From contig JBFFED010000002.1 of assembly GCA_041559015.1 (NCBI GenBank), positions 1,027 through 65,026 of the forward strand: a stretch of DNA of 64,000 nt, written 5' to 3'. Made by a program: the position numbers and the translations under genes. A model generated the notes under the pieces. That model worked only from the letters and a program-made list of their open reading frames with translations. It did not search any database and was not told where the DNA came from. Below, one piece after another: positions 46,903-56,165 of the stretch. This DNA is from Thermoplasmata archaeon. GTDB lineage: Archaea > Thermoplasmatota > Thermoplasmata > UBA10834. Positions within the stretch are counted from its first letter, which is position 1. Each line of letters begins with the position of its first letter.

Positions 46903-48061
46903 CCTCGAAACGTATGTTCAGCCACCCGTCCTCCATCTCGGCCCCCAGGATCTTCCTGTTGGTCAGGGAGTGGGGCAGCGCGATCGACTTCTTGAACGCC
47001 CCAAGCTGCACCGTCAAATCGTCCTTCCTCGTATATAGCTCTAGTTTCTGGTCGAGCGGGAAGGGCAGCTTCAGGGCGAGCACGCTCTCGCCGTCCTTGT
47101 CGTACATCTTCATGGGGGACTCAGTCGAGAAGGTCTGAGAGGGGTCCCCGTCCCCGAACAGCTCGTCCGCAAGGCCCTCCAGGGCCTTCTCTCCCAGGAC
47201 CTCCCTGGGCATCAGCCTCGCCCTCATCGTCTTCAGGGGCGAGAAGGCCTCGTCTATCGCCACCATGTGCCTCCTCTGCTCCTCGAGCTTGGCGTTCCAG
47301 TAGTCCCCGCGTAGCTCCTCGGGGACGACCCTGTTTATGATTATGCTCTCGACCGTGTACCCGTACAGGCAGAGGTATGTGTACGCCCTCTGCGTCTCCG
47401 TGATGACCATCTTCTCCGGGTTCACGACAAGCCTCACCGAGGTTATATCGGGGTCGGACAGGAGGTCCTTCACGTACCGGAGCCTCTCCCTCAGACCCTC
47501 GAGATCCTCGAGGAACTTGTCAGTCGGGAGAGGGGTCGATATGATCTTGCCGACGGTAACGCGCGCGACCTTGATGACGTTCCTGACCATGTGGAAGAGC
47601 CTGTCGAAGTACCAGTTGGCAGTGTCGGGGAAGGCCAGCAGCCTGAGCGTGTCCGCCGTGGGCGCTGTGTCCATTATCACGACATCGTAGGCCTTCTTCT
47701 TGTGGAACTCCTCGACGTAGAAGAGCGCGGACATGAGCTCCATGCCAGGGAAGACCGCCATCTCCTTCGCCGTGACGGCGTCCATGCCCTGCGAGGCAAG
47801 GAAGTCGGACAGGTAGGCCTGTATCTCCTTCCACCTGGTCTCCAGCTCGTGCTGTATGTCCACCTCTATCCCGTCGAGGTTCCTCGAGATCCGCGTCAGC
47901 TCGCCCGAGAGTTGCATCTCGAGCGAGTCGGAGAGGCTGTGGGCGGCGTCCGTGCTGAGGATGATGGTCTTCTTGCCCTGTGCGGCGCACCTGAGGGCAG
48001 TGGCTGCAGCCACTGATGTCTTCCCGACACCCCCCTTGCCTGTGTATATGATTATCCTCAT
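46832..48061 (-). CDS. ArsA/GET3-family ATPase with HSP20-like C-terminal domain
   Basis: GKGGVGKT, STDAAHSL, DTAPT; C-terminal beta domain ending WLNIRF. Confidence 0.88.
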   Translation of the reverse strand: MRIIIYTGKGGVGKTSVAAATALRCAAQGKKTIILSTDAAHSLSDSLEMQLSGELTRISRNLDGIEVDIQHELETRWKEIQAYLSDFLASQGMDAVTAKEMAVFPGMELMSALFYVEEFHKKKAYDVVIMDTAPTADTLRLLAFPDTANWYFDRLFHMVRNVIKVARVTVGKIISTPLPTDKFLEDLEGLRERLRYVKDLLSDPDITSVRLVVNPEKMVITETQRAYTYLCLYGYTVESIIINRVVPEELRGDYWNAKLEEQRRHMVAIDEAFSPLKTMRARLMPREVLGEKALEGLADELFGDGDPSQTFSTESPMKMYDKDGESVLALKLPFPLDQKLELYTRKDDLTVQLGAFKKSIALPHSLTNRKILGAEMEDGWLNIRFEGEEVGKRKGGRKPRGRKAPRKAS

Positions 48062-48117
48062 CTGCGGGCCTCAGGGACGACCGTAGGGTTCGCTCAGAAA
48101 TAATGCTGTCGCAGTAT

Positions 48118-48226
48118 TGGTGTCGGGGACGGGGTTCGAACCCGTGACCTCCGGATTTCTTAGGAGCGCGTGGTCAGGCGATTCTCCCTATGAGTCCGAC
48201 GCTCCACCAGGCTGAGCCACCCCGAC
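48118..48226 (-). tRNA. tRNA with CAT anticodon (probably elongator Met), 32-nt intron at 48157-48188
   Basis: Acceptor GTCGGGG/CCCCGAC; TCGGA-CTCATA|intron|A-TCCGG; T arm with TTCGAAC loop; CCA encoded. Confidence 0.92.
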
Positions 48227-48272
48227 TTTTCGATCACATAACTCCGGAAAGCGCGGACCGATCCCAGCCGCG

Positions 48273-49058
48273 CTATTCCTTCTTCTCCTCTTCCGCGGGA
48301 GCCTCTTCTGGCGCGGGTGCCTCTTCCTCCGCCTCTGGCGGTGGGGGCGCCGGCTCCTCCGGCGGTGCCTGCGCCTCGGGCGCCGGTGGCTCCGGCTCGG
48401 GCTCAGGTTCTGGCTCCGGTTCGGGCTGCGGGCCCATCACGGGCGACTCGCCAGGCTGGGGCATACGCCCCATCCTCGTGACCTCGCTCCTGCGGATCTC
48501 TATCCTCTTGATAGGCACGATGACCTTCGACGCGTCGGAGATCCTCTTCGACAGCTCGCCCATTATGAGCATCCTGACGAACTCCCCGATCGTGACCTCC
48601 GAGGCGGCCTTCTTGACCTCGTCGGCCATGATGGTCCGCACGCCGGTCTCCTGGGACGCCTGTATCCTCTGCTCGGAGACCGCCATGGGCTTCACCCTGA
48701 TCTCCCAGCCGTCCTTGGTCCTGGCGTCCACGACCGCGTCCGTCTTGGTCCTCTTCCTCCTGGTGAGCCTGCGGACATAGTCGCTCGTGAGGTCGTGCCC
48801 TTCGAACATCGTGTGGGCGTCCAGCCCGCGCACGTCGTGCACCTTGAACTTGATCTTGATGTGCATCTTCGAGAAGTCGCCCGTGAGGTCCTGGACCGTG
48901 ACCTCCGTGATCCTGCCGAGGACGCCGTCCGCGGAGTCCGCGGGGGTCTCCCCCAGCTGCATGTTGCTGAACATCTCGGGGGCGAAGAGCCTGTACCACT
49001 CCTTCGCCCGCCACTTGTCCTTGACCTTCTTGGCCGCCGCCCTCTGCTTCTGAGCCAA
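48273..49058 (-). CDS. rps3ae: 30S ribosomal protein S3Ae with Pro/Glu-rich tail
   Basis: KVKDKWRAKEWY, GHDLTSDYVRRLTRR, PIKRIEIRRSEV. Confidence 0.95.
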   Translation of the reverse strand: MAQKQRAAAKKVKDKWRAKEWYRLFAPEMFSNMQLGETPADSADGVLGRITEVTVQDLTGDFSKMHIKIKFKVHDVRGLDAHTMFEGHDLTSDYVRRLTRRKRTKTDAVVDARTKDGWEIRVKPMAVSEQRIQASQETGVRTIMADEVKKAASEVTIGEFVRMLIMGELSKRISDASKVIVPIKRIEIRRSEVTRMGRMPQPGESPVMGPQPEPEPEPEPEPEPPAPEAQAPPEEPAPPPPEAEEEAPAPEEAPAEEEKKE

Positions 49059-49190
49059 CTACATACCTCTCAGTGATTCTGATAGAGCAGGCTCGATAAC
49101 GGGATTCTGTATTTTAAGGTTGCTGTGCGTAGCGGATGCGTGGAAGGCCCCGTCCGCGCGATGCCAGCATGCGCCGTCAAAGACAGTTCG

Positions 49191-50591
49191 TCACTCCTCG
49201 TCCGCGTGCTCCCTGAACTTGCAGAAGATCGTCACCACGCTCTTCTCGAACCGCTTCATGCCATCGACGACAGCGTACTCGTTCGGTGAGTGCGCTTTGC
49301 CGCCCCTGCCCAGGCCCGCGGAGCCCCAGGGGACCTTCAGGACCTCGTCGAACAAGTAGTAAGGGGCCGAGCCGGCTATCATGGGCCAGACCTCGGGTTC
49401 CTTGCCGTGGTGCTTCATCGCGTCTATGCACGCCCTCGCGACCGGGGTCGTCGCGCCGGTCTTCGACCAGGGGTAGTCCTCGTAGTTGCGCATCCTGATG
49501 TCCGTGAACCCGCGCTTCCTGAGGTGCGCCATGACCTTCCTGTGCGTCCCCTCGATTGTCATGTTTGGCACGATCCTGATGTCTATCTTGGCCGTAGCGG
49601 TCGGCGGTAGGACGGTCTTGGTGCCCTCTTCCTGATAGCCTGATATGAGCCCGTCTATGTTGATGGACGGCTCGAACATGTACTTCGTCAGCAGCTTCTC
49701 GGGGGATCCCTTGAGCTTGAACCTCTCGACGCCAGAATCCTTCAGGTATCCCTTGTGGTCGAAGACCTTCGAGAGCTTCCTGATGAGCCGGAGGTCCTCT
49801 TTGTCTGGTCCCTTGACATCGTCCCAGAGTCCGTCCACTGTCGGCTGCTGGTTCTCATCGACCATGGTCGATATGGCGTGCACGAGCCTCCAGACTGGGC
49901 TCTCTATCCAGACGGCGTCGCTGCTGTGCACCTCGGCGGTCGGCCCGCCCCGGGCCTTCCCCTCGGCGATCAGATCGAAGTAGACGCATCCTTTGAGGCC
50001 GAGGCATATCTGAGGCACCCCCTTGGAGTTCTCGCAGTAGTCCAGTGCCAAGGCGGCGTCCGCCTTCGAGAGGACGCTCCTGTTCTTGGCCACGAAGTCA
50101 GGCAGGCTCCTTCCACCGCACTCCTCCTCGCCCTCCAGCAGGAACCGGACATTGACCGGGAGGGAATCCTTCTCGAGCATCATCCTGATGGCCAGCAAGG
50201 TGCCCGCGAGGGATGCCTTCGAGTTGTACGCCCCTCTATTGACCACAACCTGTCCGTGGGGCTTCTGGTTCACCAGCGTCGCCCCGAACGGCGGATGGTC
50301 CCACTCGTCAGGGTCTCCCACCGGCTGCACATCGTACATGCCGTACAGCAGCACGGTCCGCTTCGCGCCCACGTTGAGGTGACCGTGCACCAGCGGGTGG
50401 CTCTTGCGCGTGCCCTTGAACTGCCCGTGCTTGGCCCCCATCTCATCCAGGAACTCCTCGAGCATGTCAGCGGTGTCCTGAATCCCCTCGCCCGTCATGG
50501 ACACGCTCGGCACTCTCAGGATCCTCCTCGTCTCGTTGAGGTGTCCTGACCAGGCCCTGTCTATCTCCTTGTGGAGCCTCTCTATGACCAT
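49191..50591 (-). CDS. M20/M25/M40 metallopeptidase
   Basis: YGMYDVQP, RGAYNSKA, EGEEECG, AHSPNEY. Confidence 0.9.
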   Translation of the reverse strand: MVIERLHKEIDRAWSGHLNETRRILRVPSVSMTGEGIQDTADMLEEFLDEMGAKHGQFKGTRKSHPLVHGHLNVGAKRTVLLYGMYDVQPVGDPDEWDHPPFGATLVNQKPHGQVVVNRGAYNSKASLAGTLLAIRMMLEKDSLPVNVRFLLEGEEECGGRSLPDFVAKNRSVLSKADAALALDYCENSKGVPQICLGLKGCVYFDLIAEGKARGGPTAEVHSSDAVWIESPVWRLVHAISTMVDENQQPTVDGLWDDVKGPDKEDLRLIRKLSKVFDHKGYLKDSGVERFKLKGSPEKLLTKYMFEPSINIDGLISGYQEEGTKTVLPPTATAKIDIRIVPNMTIEGTHRKVMAHLRKRGFTDIRMRNYEDYPWSKTGATTPVARACIDAMKHHGKEPEVWPMIAGSAPYYLFDEVLKVPWGSAGLGRGGKAHSPNEYAVVDGMKRFEKSVVTIFCKFREHADEE

Positions 50592-50660
50592 GTCTACGCC
50601 TTCCTCAGGGTTTGCCCAACTGTCGGACGGCGAGAACGGCTGCAGAAGCAAGCCAGATGG

Positions 50661-50807
50661 CTAACTGTGGCCCTGGAACTTCGGTTTCCTGCCTATGTCC
50701 CTGACCAGTATCTTCTGGATCGGGGCGTTATGGCACTTCAGGGCGGCCTCCTCGGTGTCGTACAACTTGCCGCACATGAAGCACTTGTAGAGCCTCTTTG
50801 GTCCCAT
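50661..50807 (-). CDS. 48-aa zinc-finger-like protein (absent from ORF track)
   Basis: MGPKRLYKCFMCGKLYDTEEAALKCHNAPIQK...; GGAG upstream. Confidence 0.7.
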   Translation of the reverse strand: MGPKRLYKCFMCGKLYDTEEAALKCHNAPIQKILVRDIGRKPKFQGHS

Positions 50808-50893
50808 ACTCGGCCGCTCCTATGCCTCCGTCGTCCTTCCAGTCTGTGATGGGGGGTATCGCGCCCCTAATCTTGAATCTTGTCGGCCCGCTC

Positions 50894-51166
50894 TCAGCTC
50901 TTCAGGTGCTTAGAGAGGGCCTCCCTCGAGTCGACAGTGAGGGTCGCGTCCTGCTTCGCGAGCTCGGCCTCGACCTCCTTGATCGTGACGGGGTCCTTGA
51001 GGAACACTGGCACGTAGCAGGTCGTGGTGTCGATGTTCAGTATCGCCACCAGGTCGTTCTCGTCGAGCTTCCGCTCCTCGACGGCGGCCTTGAACTCCAC
51101 GAACGGCCGGATGTCTGGGGGCACGTTCCGGAGCTCGGTGATGGCCACCAATCTCGCGACGTGCAT
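50894..51166 (-). CDS. DUF749-like protein
   Basis: PFVEFKAAVE...LNIDTTTCYVPVF; directly downstream of hdrB. Confidence 0.65.
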   Translation of the reverse strand: MHVARLVAITELRNVPPDIRPFVEFKAAVEERKLDENDLVAILNIDTTTCYVPVFLKDPVTIKEVEAELAKQDATLTVDSREALSKHLKS

Positions 51167-51187
51167 GCTCGGACACCTCCCTCCCGG

Positions 51188-52042
51188 CTAGAGGTCGACC
51201 TTCACCTGGTGCACTTCGAGGCCCAGCTTCTCCTTCGGCAGCCCGAAGGCGAGCCCCATGAGCTGGGACAGGTGCAGGACCGGTATCTTGTACTCCTTCA
51301 GCTGCGCCTGGCCCGCGTCGTACTGCAGGTGGCAGAACGGGCAGCAGTCGACTATGACATCGACGCCCGCGTCCGTCATGTTCTTCAGGTTCTCGGCGGT
51401 CATCTTGAGCGCGACATCGGGGGTCCTGGCCCTGACGCCCCCACCGGCGCCGCAGCACATGCCCTTGTCCTTGTATGTGACGCTGGTCATGCCCGCCGCT
51501 TCGACTATGTCGTCGAACACGTGCGGCCTCTCGGAGTCGTCGATCTTCTTGATGTTCGAGGGCTTCAGGAAGTGGCACCCGTAGTGCACGGCCGCCCTGA
51601 GGTTCTTGCCGCCCTTGGCCTTGGCCCGTATGGCCTCGACCCCGACGTCCCTGTATAGCAGCTCGACGAAGTGCCTCACCTGCATCGTCCCGTTGTACTC
51701 CATTCCGGAGGCGTCCTTGAGTATCTTGTTGATCTTCTTCCTGAGCTCGGGGTCGTGGTTGAGCTTGTGCGCGACCTCGAACAGAGTGTCGAAGCACCCG
51801 TTGCAGATCGTTAGCACGCCGTCCACGCCCATCTTCTCCGCGATCGCGAGGTTCCTAGCGGCCACGGCCATCCAGTAGGTCTGGTCGAAGGACCTCATTA
51901 CCCCTGGCGCGGGGCAGCAGCTGGCGCCCTGCATGTCTATCAGGTCGACGTTCAGTGACTTGAAGACCTCCCTCGAGGCGCTCTCTATGCCCGGGTACCT
52001 GAGGGGCATGATGCATCCGAGGAAGAAAGCGTACTTAGCCAT
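51188..52042 (-). CDS. hdrB: Heterodisulfide reductase subunit B
   Basis: FFLGCIMP, SCCPAPG, CNGCF, HYGCH, CCGAGGG, CCPFCHLQYD. Confidence 0.93.
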   Translation of the reverse strand: MAKYAFFLGCIMPLRYPGIESASREVFKSLNVDLIDMQGASCCPAPGVMRSFDQTYWMAVAARNLAIAEKMGVDGVLTICNGCFDTLFEVAHKLNHDPELRKKINKILKDASGMEYNGTMQVRHFVELLYRDVGVEAIRAKAKGGKNLRAAVHYGCHFLKPSNIKKIDDSERPHVFDDIVEAAGMTSVTYKDKGMCCGAGGGVRARTPDVALKMTAENLKNMTDAGVDVIVDCCPFCHLQYDAGQAQLKEYKIPVLHLSQLMGLAFGLPKEKLGLEVHQVKVDL

Positions 52043-52566
52043 CAGGCCTTCCCCCCTGACGCGACGAGTTTGTCGAACCCGCACAGGACCGCGATCTTCT
52101 TGACCTCCTCCTGCGCCTTCGGGTCGGAGAACACCGTCGGCGGCGTCCCCTGGAGCCCGAGCTTCGACCTGAGCGCCTTGTCCTCCTCCCTGAGCGTGAC
52201 GAGGTGCCCCGTCTTGGATATCAGCTCGGCGACCTTCCTGTGGGGCTCGGCCATATGGCCCTTCCTGACCGCCATGTTCCTGAGGGCCATGACGACATCG
52301 ACGATCTCGACACCTCTGGGGCACCTCTCGTAGCATGTGAAGCACGTCGTGCACAGCCAGAGGTCCTCGGACGGCAGCACGTCCTCCTCGAACCCCAGCT
52401 GGGCGCGCCTGACGACCTTCCTGATTCGGAACGCCGTCTGCCGGCCTGACGGGCAGCTGCCCGTGCATGTGCCGCACTGGAAGCAGAGGTTGACGGTCTT
52501 GCCTCCGCCCTCGATAACCTTTCTCGTGAACTCTGGGTTTGGTTCCTTCGCTTCAGCCAAGAACAC
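52042..52566 (-). CDS. hdrC: Heterodisulfide reductase subunit C
   Basis: CFQCGTCTGSCP and CTTCFTCYERCPRG. Confidence 0.93.
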   Translation of the reverse strand: MFLAEAKEPNPEFTRKVIEGGGKTVNLCFQCGTCTGSCPSGRQTAFRIRKVVRRAQLGFEEDVLPSEDLWLCTTCFTCYERCPRGVEIVDVVMALRNMAVRKGHMAEPHRKVAELISKTGHLVTLREEDKALRSKLGLQGTPPTVFSDPKAQEEVKKIAVLCGFDKLVASGGKA

Positions 52567-52625
52567 TCACCAGGGCTCAGAACGCCGGCTCCATATTTGA
52601 GCGTTTTGCTGTAAAGGGAAAAGAA

Positions 52626-53450
52626 TTATCCTTTTCGGTAAATCCATGCCTCACTGGCCTCCTCGAGGAACAGGGGCAGATCGTCGTGCTCCGTGCACTT
52701 GAGCGCGGCGATAGAGTGCAGGGACCACTTCTGATCCCTCGCGCCCTCCGCCCTCACGATGCCGTTCCTGACGAGGCTCTTGTTCACGAAGTAGCTCAGG
52801 TCCGTCCTGTCGAGCATCGTCGGCTCGTATATCACGCGCGCGACCTCGTTCGGTATGTCCTTCTCCTTCAGGTACCTGAATCCAAGCCTCTGGGCGCCGA
52901 AGGCGACCCGAGCGAACCTCATCCCTGCGTCCTTCCACAGGAGCATGTCGGTGCCTATCTCCTCGGCCTCGACCTCCTGGGCGCGCTCCATGGCGAGCAT
53001 GGCATCGTCGAGCAGGACGCAGTCGACGCGCATCTCCTCGAGGAGCCTTAGGTTCTCCTCATCGGTGGAGATGACGACCCTGCACGCCCTCCCCTGGTCG
53101 GAGAGCTCTGTGGCCGCGCTCAGCACGCAGCGCTCGGTAATCGGCGTGCCCGCTATCCTGAGATCATTGCCATCCACCAGCCGCCTCTCGTACGCCTCGA
53201 ACCTCCTGAGCAGCTTCCGGCCCGCTCCGGTGAGCCTGCTCCCCTTGCTCGAGGTCGAGACTATCCTGAGGTCCGTCTTCGACTCTATCTCGCGCACGTA
53301 CTTGTGGAGCACTGGCGTGGACACGCCAATCGAGGCTGCGGCCTTCTGCATGGAGCCTTTGGCGTGGAGGGCCTTCAGGGCCTCCAGCTGCCTGTGGGTC
53401 ACCTCGTTCCCGTCGGAGACGAACACCACTCTCGGTCTCGGGTCGGTCAT
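52626..53450 (-). CDS. ModE/LysR-type HTH regulator
   Basis: KGSMQKAAASIGVSTPVLHKYVREIE...GSRLT. Confidence 0.75.
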   Translation of the reverse strand: MTDPRPRVVFVSDGNEVTHRQLEALKALHAKGSMQKAAASIGVSTPVLHKYVREIESKTDLRIVSTSSKGSRLTGAGRKLLRRFEAYERRLVDGNDLRIAGTPITERCVLSAATELSDQGRACRVVISTDEENLRLLEEMRVDCVLLDDAMLAMERAQEVEAEEIGTDMLLWKDAGMRFARVAFGAQRLGFRYLKEKDIPNEVARVIYEPTMLDRTDLSYFVNKSLVRNGIVRAEGARDQKWSLHSIAALKCTEHDDLPLFLEEASEAWIYRKG

Positions 53451-53454
53451 CTGA

Positions 53455-54609
53455 TCATCTCCTCTTCCTGAGACCGTAAGTGCTCAGGAGCATCATTACA
53501 GCTGCGAACGCCAGGAGCACCGCTACCTCGGCCCAGACGTCCCAGACGCCCCAGCCTCTAATCATGACGGACCTGAGCCCCTCGACCTCGTATGTCAGCG
53601 GCAGGAAGTACGAGGCCGGCCTGAGCAGCTCCGGGACGGCCTCCAGGGGCCAGAACACCCCTGAGAGCAGGATGGACGGGAAGAGCACGATGGGCATGAA
53701 CTGCACCGCCTGGAACTCGTTCTTCGCGAACGCGGAGAGTACGAACCCCATCCCCTGCATCCCCACCCCGAAGATGAATATCATGAACAGCGCGAGGAAC
53801 ACGCTGCCCTGTACCTCGATCCCGAACAGCAAGATGGCTGTGATGAGTATCACCACGGACTGTACCAGCCCGACCAGCCCGAAGGCCAGCACATACCCTG
53901 CCACGATCTCGCCCTCGGTGGCCGGTGAGGCGAGCAGCCGGTCGAGTGTGTGCTGTCCACGCTCGTGCACGAACGATATGATCGAGAGCATGAAGGTCAC
54001 CATCATCGCGGCCATGCCCATCACCCCCGGGGCGAAGAAATCTATGAACTCCGCGTCTTCGCCGTAGACCAGCACCTGCGAGGTTCTGATCGGCGGGACT
54101 ATCTCGAACGACGTGAACACCTTCTGGATCGATATCTGGAGATCTCCCATGATGGCGCTCACTATGTTGGGGTTCGTCCCGTCCATGTAGACCATGATGG
54201 TCACGGGGACGACGGCGCCCCCTGTCTTGATCGCCTGCACAGCCTCGTTCAGGTCTACGGTGAAGTTGCGTTCGAAGACGATCACAGCCCACAGGTCGGC
54301 GTCCTCGACCTTCTCACGGGCTGCCTGGACGGCCTCCTCGGTCGCCTCTGACGGGTCCGTCACACGGACGATATTCATCGTGTCCCTGTCGAGGAGGTCT
54401 GTGATGATAGTGGATGGGGCCGAGGGCCTCCCCGAGGCGTCGAAGTCAACTATCTCCACGTCCAGGTTCTTGACGTCGCCCCCAAAAGTGTACCCGAATA
54501 TCGTTATCAGGAGCAGGGGCATGAACACGAGGAACCCGACGGTGCGTCTGTCGTGCTTGAGGCTCCTCAGGTTCTTCCTGGCGATCGCCAGGACCCTCCG
54601 CAGGTTCAT
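53455..54609 (-). CDS. ABC-2 type exporter permease
   Basis: FFAPG, HERGQHTLDRLLASP, LLSGVFWP. Confidence 0.9.
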   Translation of the reverse strand: MNLRRVLAIARKNLRSLKHDRRTVGFLVFMPLLLITIFGYTFGGDVKNLDVEIVDFDASGRPSAPSTIITDLLDRDTMNIVRVTDPSEATEEAVQAAREKVEDADLWAVIVFERNFTVDLNEAVQAIKTGGAVVPVTIMVYMDGTNPNIVSAIMGDLQISIQKVFTSFEIVPPIRTSQVLVYGEDAEFIDFFAPGVMGMAAMMVTFMLSIISFVHERGQHTLDRLLASPATEGEIVAGYVLAFGLVGLVQSVVILITAILLFGIEVQGSVFLALFMIFIFGVGMQGMGFVLSAFAKNEFQAVQFMPIVLFPSILLSGVFWPLEAVPELLRPASYFLPLTYEVEGLRSVMIRGWGVWDVWAEVAVLLAFAAVMMLLSTYGLRKRR

Positions 54610-55391
54610 GCGTCCTCCCTCCTGGAGAAGAACATGAAAGCGGACTCCAGGTCGGAGGCGCCCGCCTTGGCCATGAGCTCCTTCGGGGTGCCCTGAGCGA
54701 TCAGCTTCCCCGCCCGCATCATGCCGACGATGTTGCACCTGACCGCCTCGTCCATGTAGTGCGTCGTGAGCACGACGGTCTTCCCCCGGGCCTTGAGGTC
54801 GTGGAAGTACTTCCAGAACCCGACCCTCAGCTCGGGGTCGACCCCGACCGTGGGCTCGTCCAGGAAGAGCAGCTCAGGGTCGTGGACGAGCGCACACGCA
54901 AGTGATGTCCGGTGCCTCATGCCCCCGCTGAGCTGTGACACGAGGCTATCCCTCCGCTCCTTCAGGTCTATCACATCGAGCAGGAGCGCTTCCCTCTTCC
55001 CGGACTCCTCCCGGGGGACGGAGTAAAGCTCCGCGAACAACTCCATGTTCTCGTGGACCGTGAGGTCGGGGTAGATGGCCATCTCCTGGGGCATGTAACC
55101 TATTCGTTGCACGACGCCTCTCCCCGGGACCTTCTCGCCCAGCACGAACGCTTCCCCGCGGGTCGGCCTCAGGAGGCCGACGAGCATCTTGATGGCCGTC
55201 GTCTTGCCGGAGCCGTTCGGGCCTATGAGGCCGTAGAGCAGGCCCTTGCCTATGCTCATGTCGAGGTCGTCGACCGCGACGAGCCCGCCGAATTCCTTCC
55301 TCAGCTTCTTGGCGAGCACCGGGGCAGCCTCGGCCTTCCCAGCCCTCTCATCCCTCAGAACGTCGTCCATCGCCTTGTCCTGCAACTGCAT
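54606..55391 (-). CDS. ABC exporter ATP-binding protein
   Basis: [24 protein letters not shown]. Confidence 0.93.
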   Translation of the reverse strand: MQLQDKAMDDVLRDERAGKAEAAPVLAKKLRKEFGGLVAVDDLDMSIGKGLLYGLIGPNGSGKTTAIKMLVGLLRPTRGEAFVLGEKVPGRGVVQRIGYMPQEMAIYPDLTVHENMELFAELYSVPREESGKREALLLDVIDLKERRDSLVSQLSGGMRHRTSLACALVHDPELLFLDEPTVGVDPELRVGFWKYFHDLKARGKTVVLTTHYMDEAVRCNIVGMMRAGKLIAQGTPKELMAKAGASDLESAFMFFSRREDA

Positions 55392-56011
55392 CAGCCTCCT
55401 TGCCCCGTTCTCATTCCGTTCAGGAAGATTGAGACGAAACCGCGGACCATCCTCTCCTCCTCTTCCTGGCCAGGGCTGCCGCCGCCCATGACCTCAGTCG
55501 TCAGGAAGTAGAACTGCACCGCTCCCATCAACGTACGGGCCGCGATCTCCGGGTCCATCCTTCTTATCTTGTCCGCGTCCATCAGTCCTCTCATGAGGGC
55601 CGCGACCATCTCGATGCCCTTCTTGACCGTCTCCTCGTAGGCAATGATCCTCATCTTCGGCTGGCGCCACGCGTCGCCCAGGACCACGAAGTAGAGTTGC
55701 CTGTTCGCACGGAGCATTCTGAGGACGATCCTGACGTTGTCCGCGAGCAGTTCATCTACGGGCGCCTTGACGTCGAAGCGGACTCTCGCGGCGATGTCGA
55801 TCACGGGCGACCTCTCCGTTATGACCGCCGAGAAGAGCGCCCTCTTCGACTTGAACTGGCGGAATACTGTGACTTCGTTGACCTTGGCCCTCCTGGCAAT
55901 CTCCTTTGTGCTCGTCCCTGAGAACCCTTTCTCCGCGAATGACTCGAGCGCTGCGTCAAGGATCCTGTCCCGGGCGGTCCTGACCTGTTGCGCCTGAGGT
56001 TTACGCGTCAC
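55391..56011 (-). CDS. TetR/AcrR regulator
   Basis: RILDAALESFAEKGFSGTSTKEIARRAKVNEVTVFRQF. Confidence 0.92.
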   Translation of the reverse strand: MTRKPQAQQVRTARDRILDAALESFAEKGFSGTSTKEIARRAKVNEVTVFRQFKSKRALFSAVITERSPVIDIAARVRFDVKAPVDELLADNVRIVLRMLRANRQLYFVVLGDAWRQPKMRIIAYEETVKKGIEMVAALMRGLMDADKIRRMDPEIAARTLMGAVQFYFLTTEVMGGGSPGQEEEERMVRGFVSIFLNGMRTGQGG

Positions 56012-56128
56012 CTATGCAAGTAAGTACTTACATACACATATCGTTTTCTCAGGGCACCCGCCCGCCCTGTCGTTGCCGCTCCGTTACTGACCTCCCCGTT
56101 CTCAGCTCCGGCCGCTGGTTTCTGAACA

Positions 56129-56136
56129 TATAAATA
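56129..56136 (+). promoter_or_regulatory. TATA box of the GTPase operon
   Basis: TATAAATA about 30 nt upstream of ATG 56166. Confidence 0.6.
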
Positions 56137-56165
56137 CGGACGTGCTTATTGACTTGCGATTCTGA

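Noticed and set aside
46832-48061. Arsenite efflux ATPase
   Set aside because: Single ATPase domain with an HSP20-like tail and no ars operon.
51188-52477. 429-aa ORF-track version of hdrB and similar upstream-extended ORFs (3804-5417, 6839-8449, 20302-21042, 27034-28032)
   Set aside because: The extensions overlap neighbouring genes or promoters; internal starts with RBS or family-typical N-termini fit better.
51188-52566. hdrBC as evidence of methanogenesis
   Set aside because: HdrBC occurs widely in non-methanogens, and no mcr/mtr genes are in the window.
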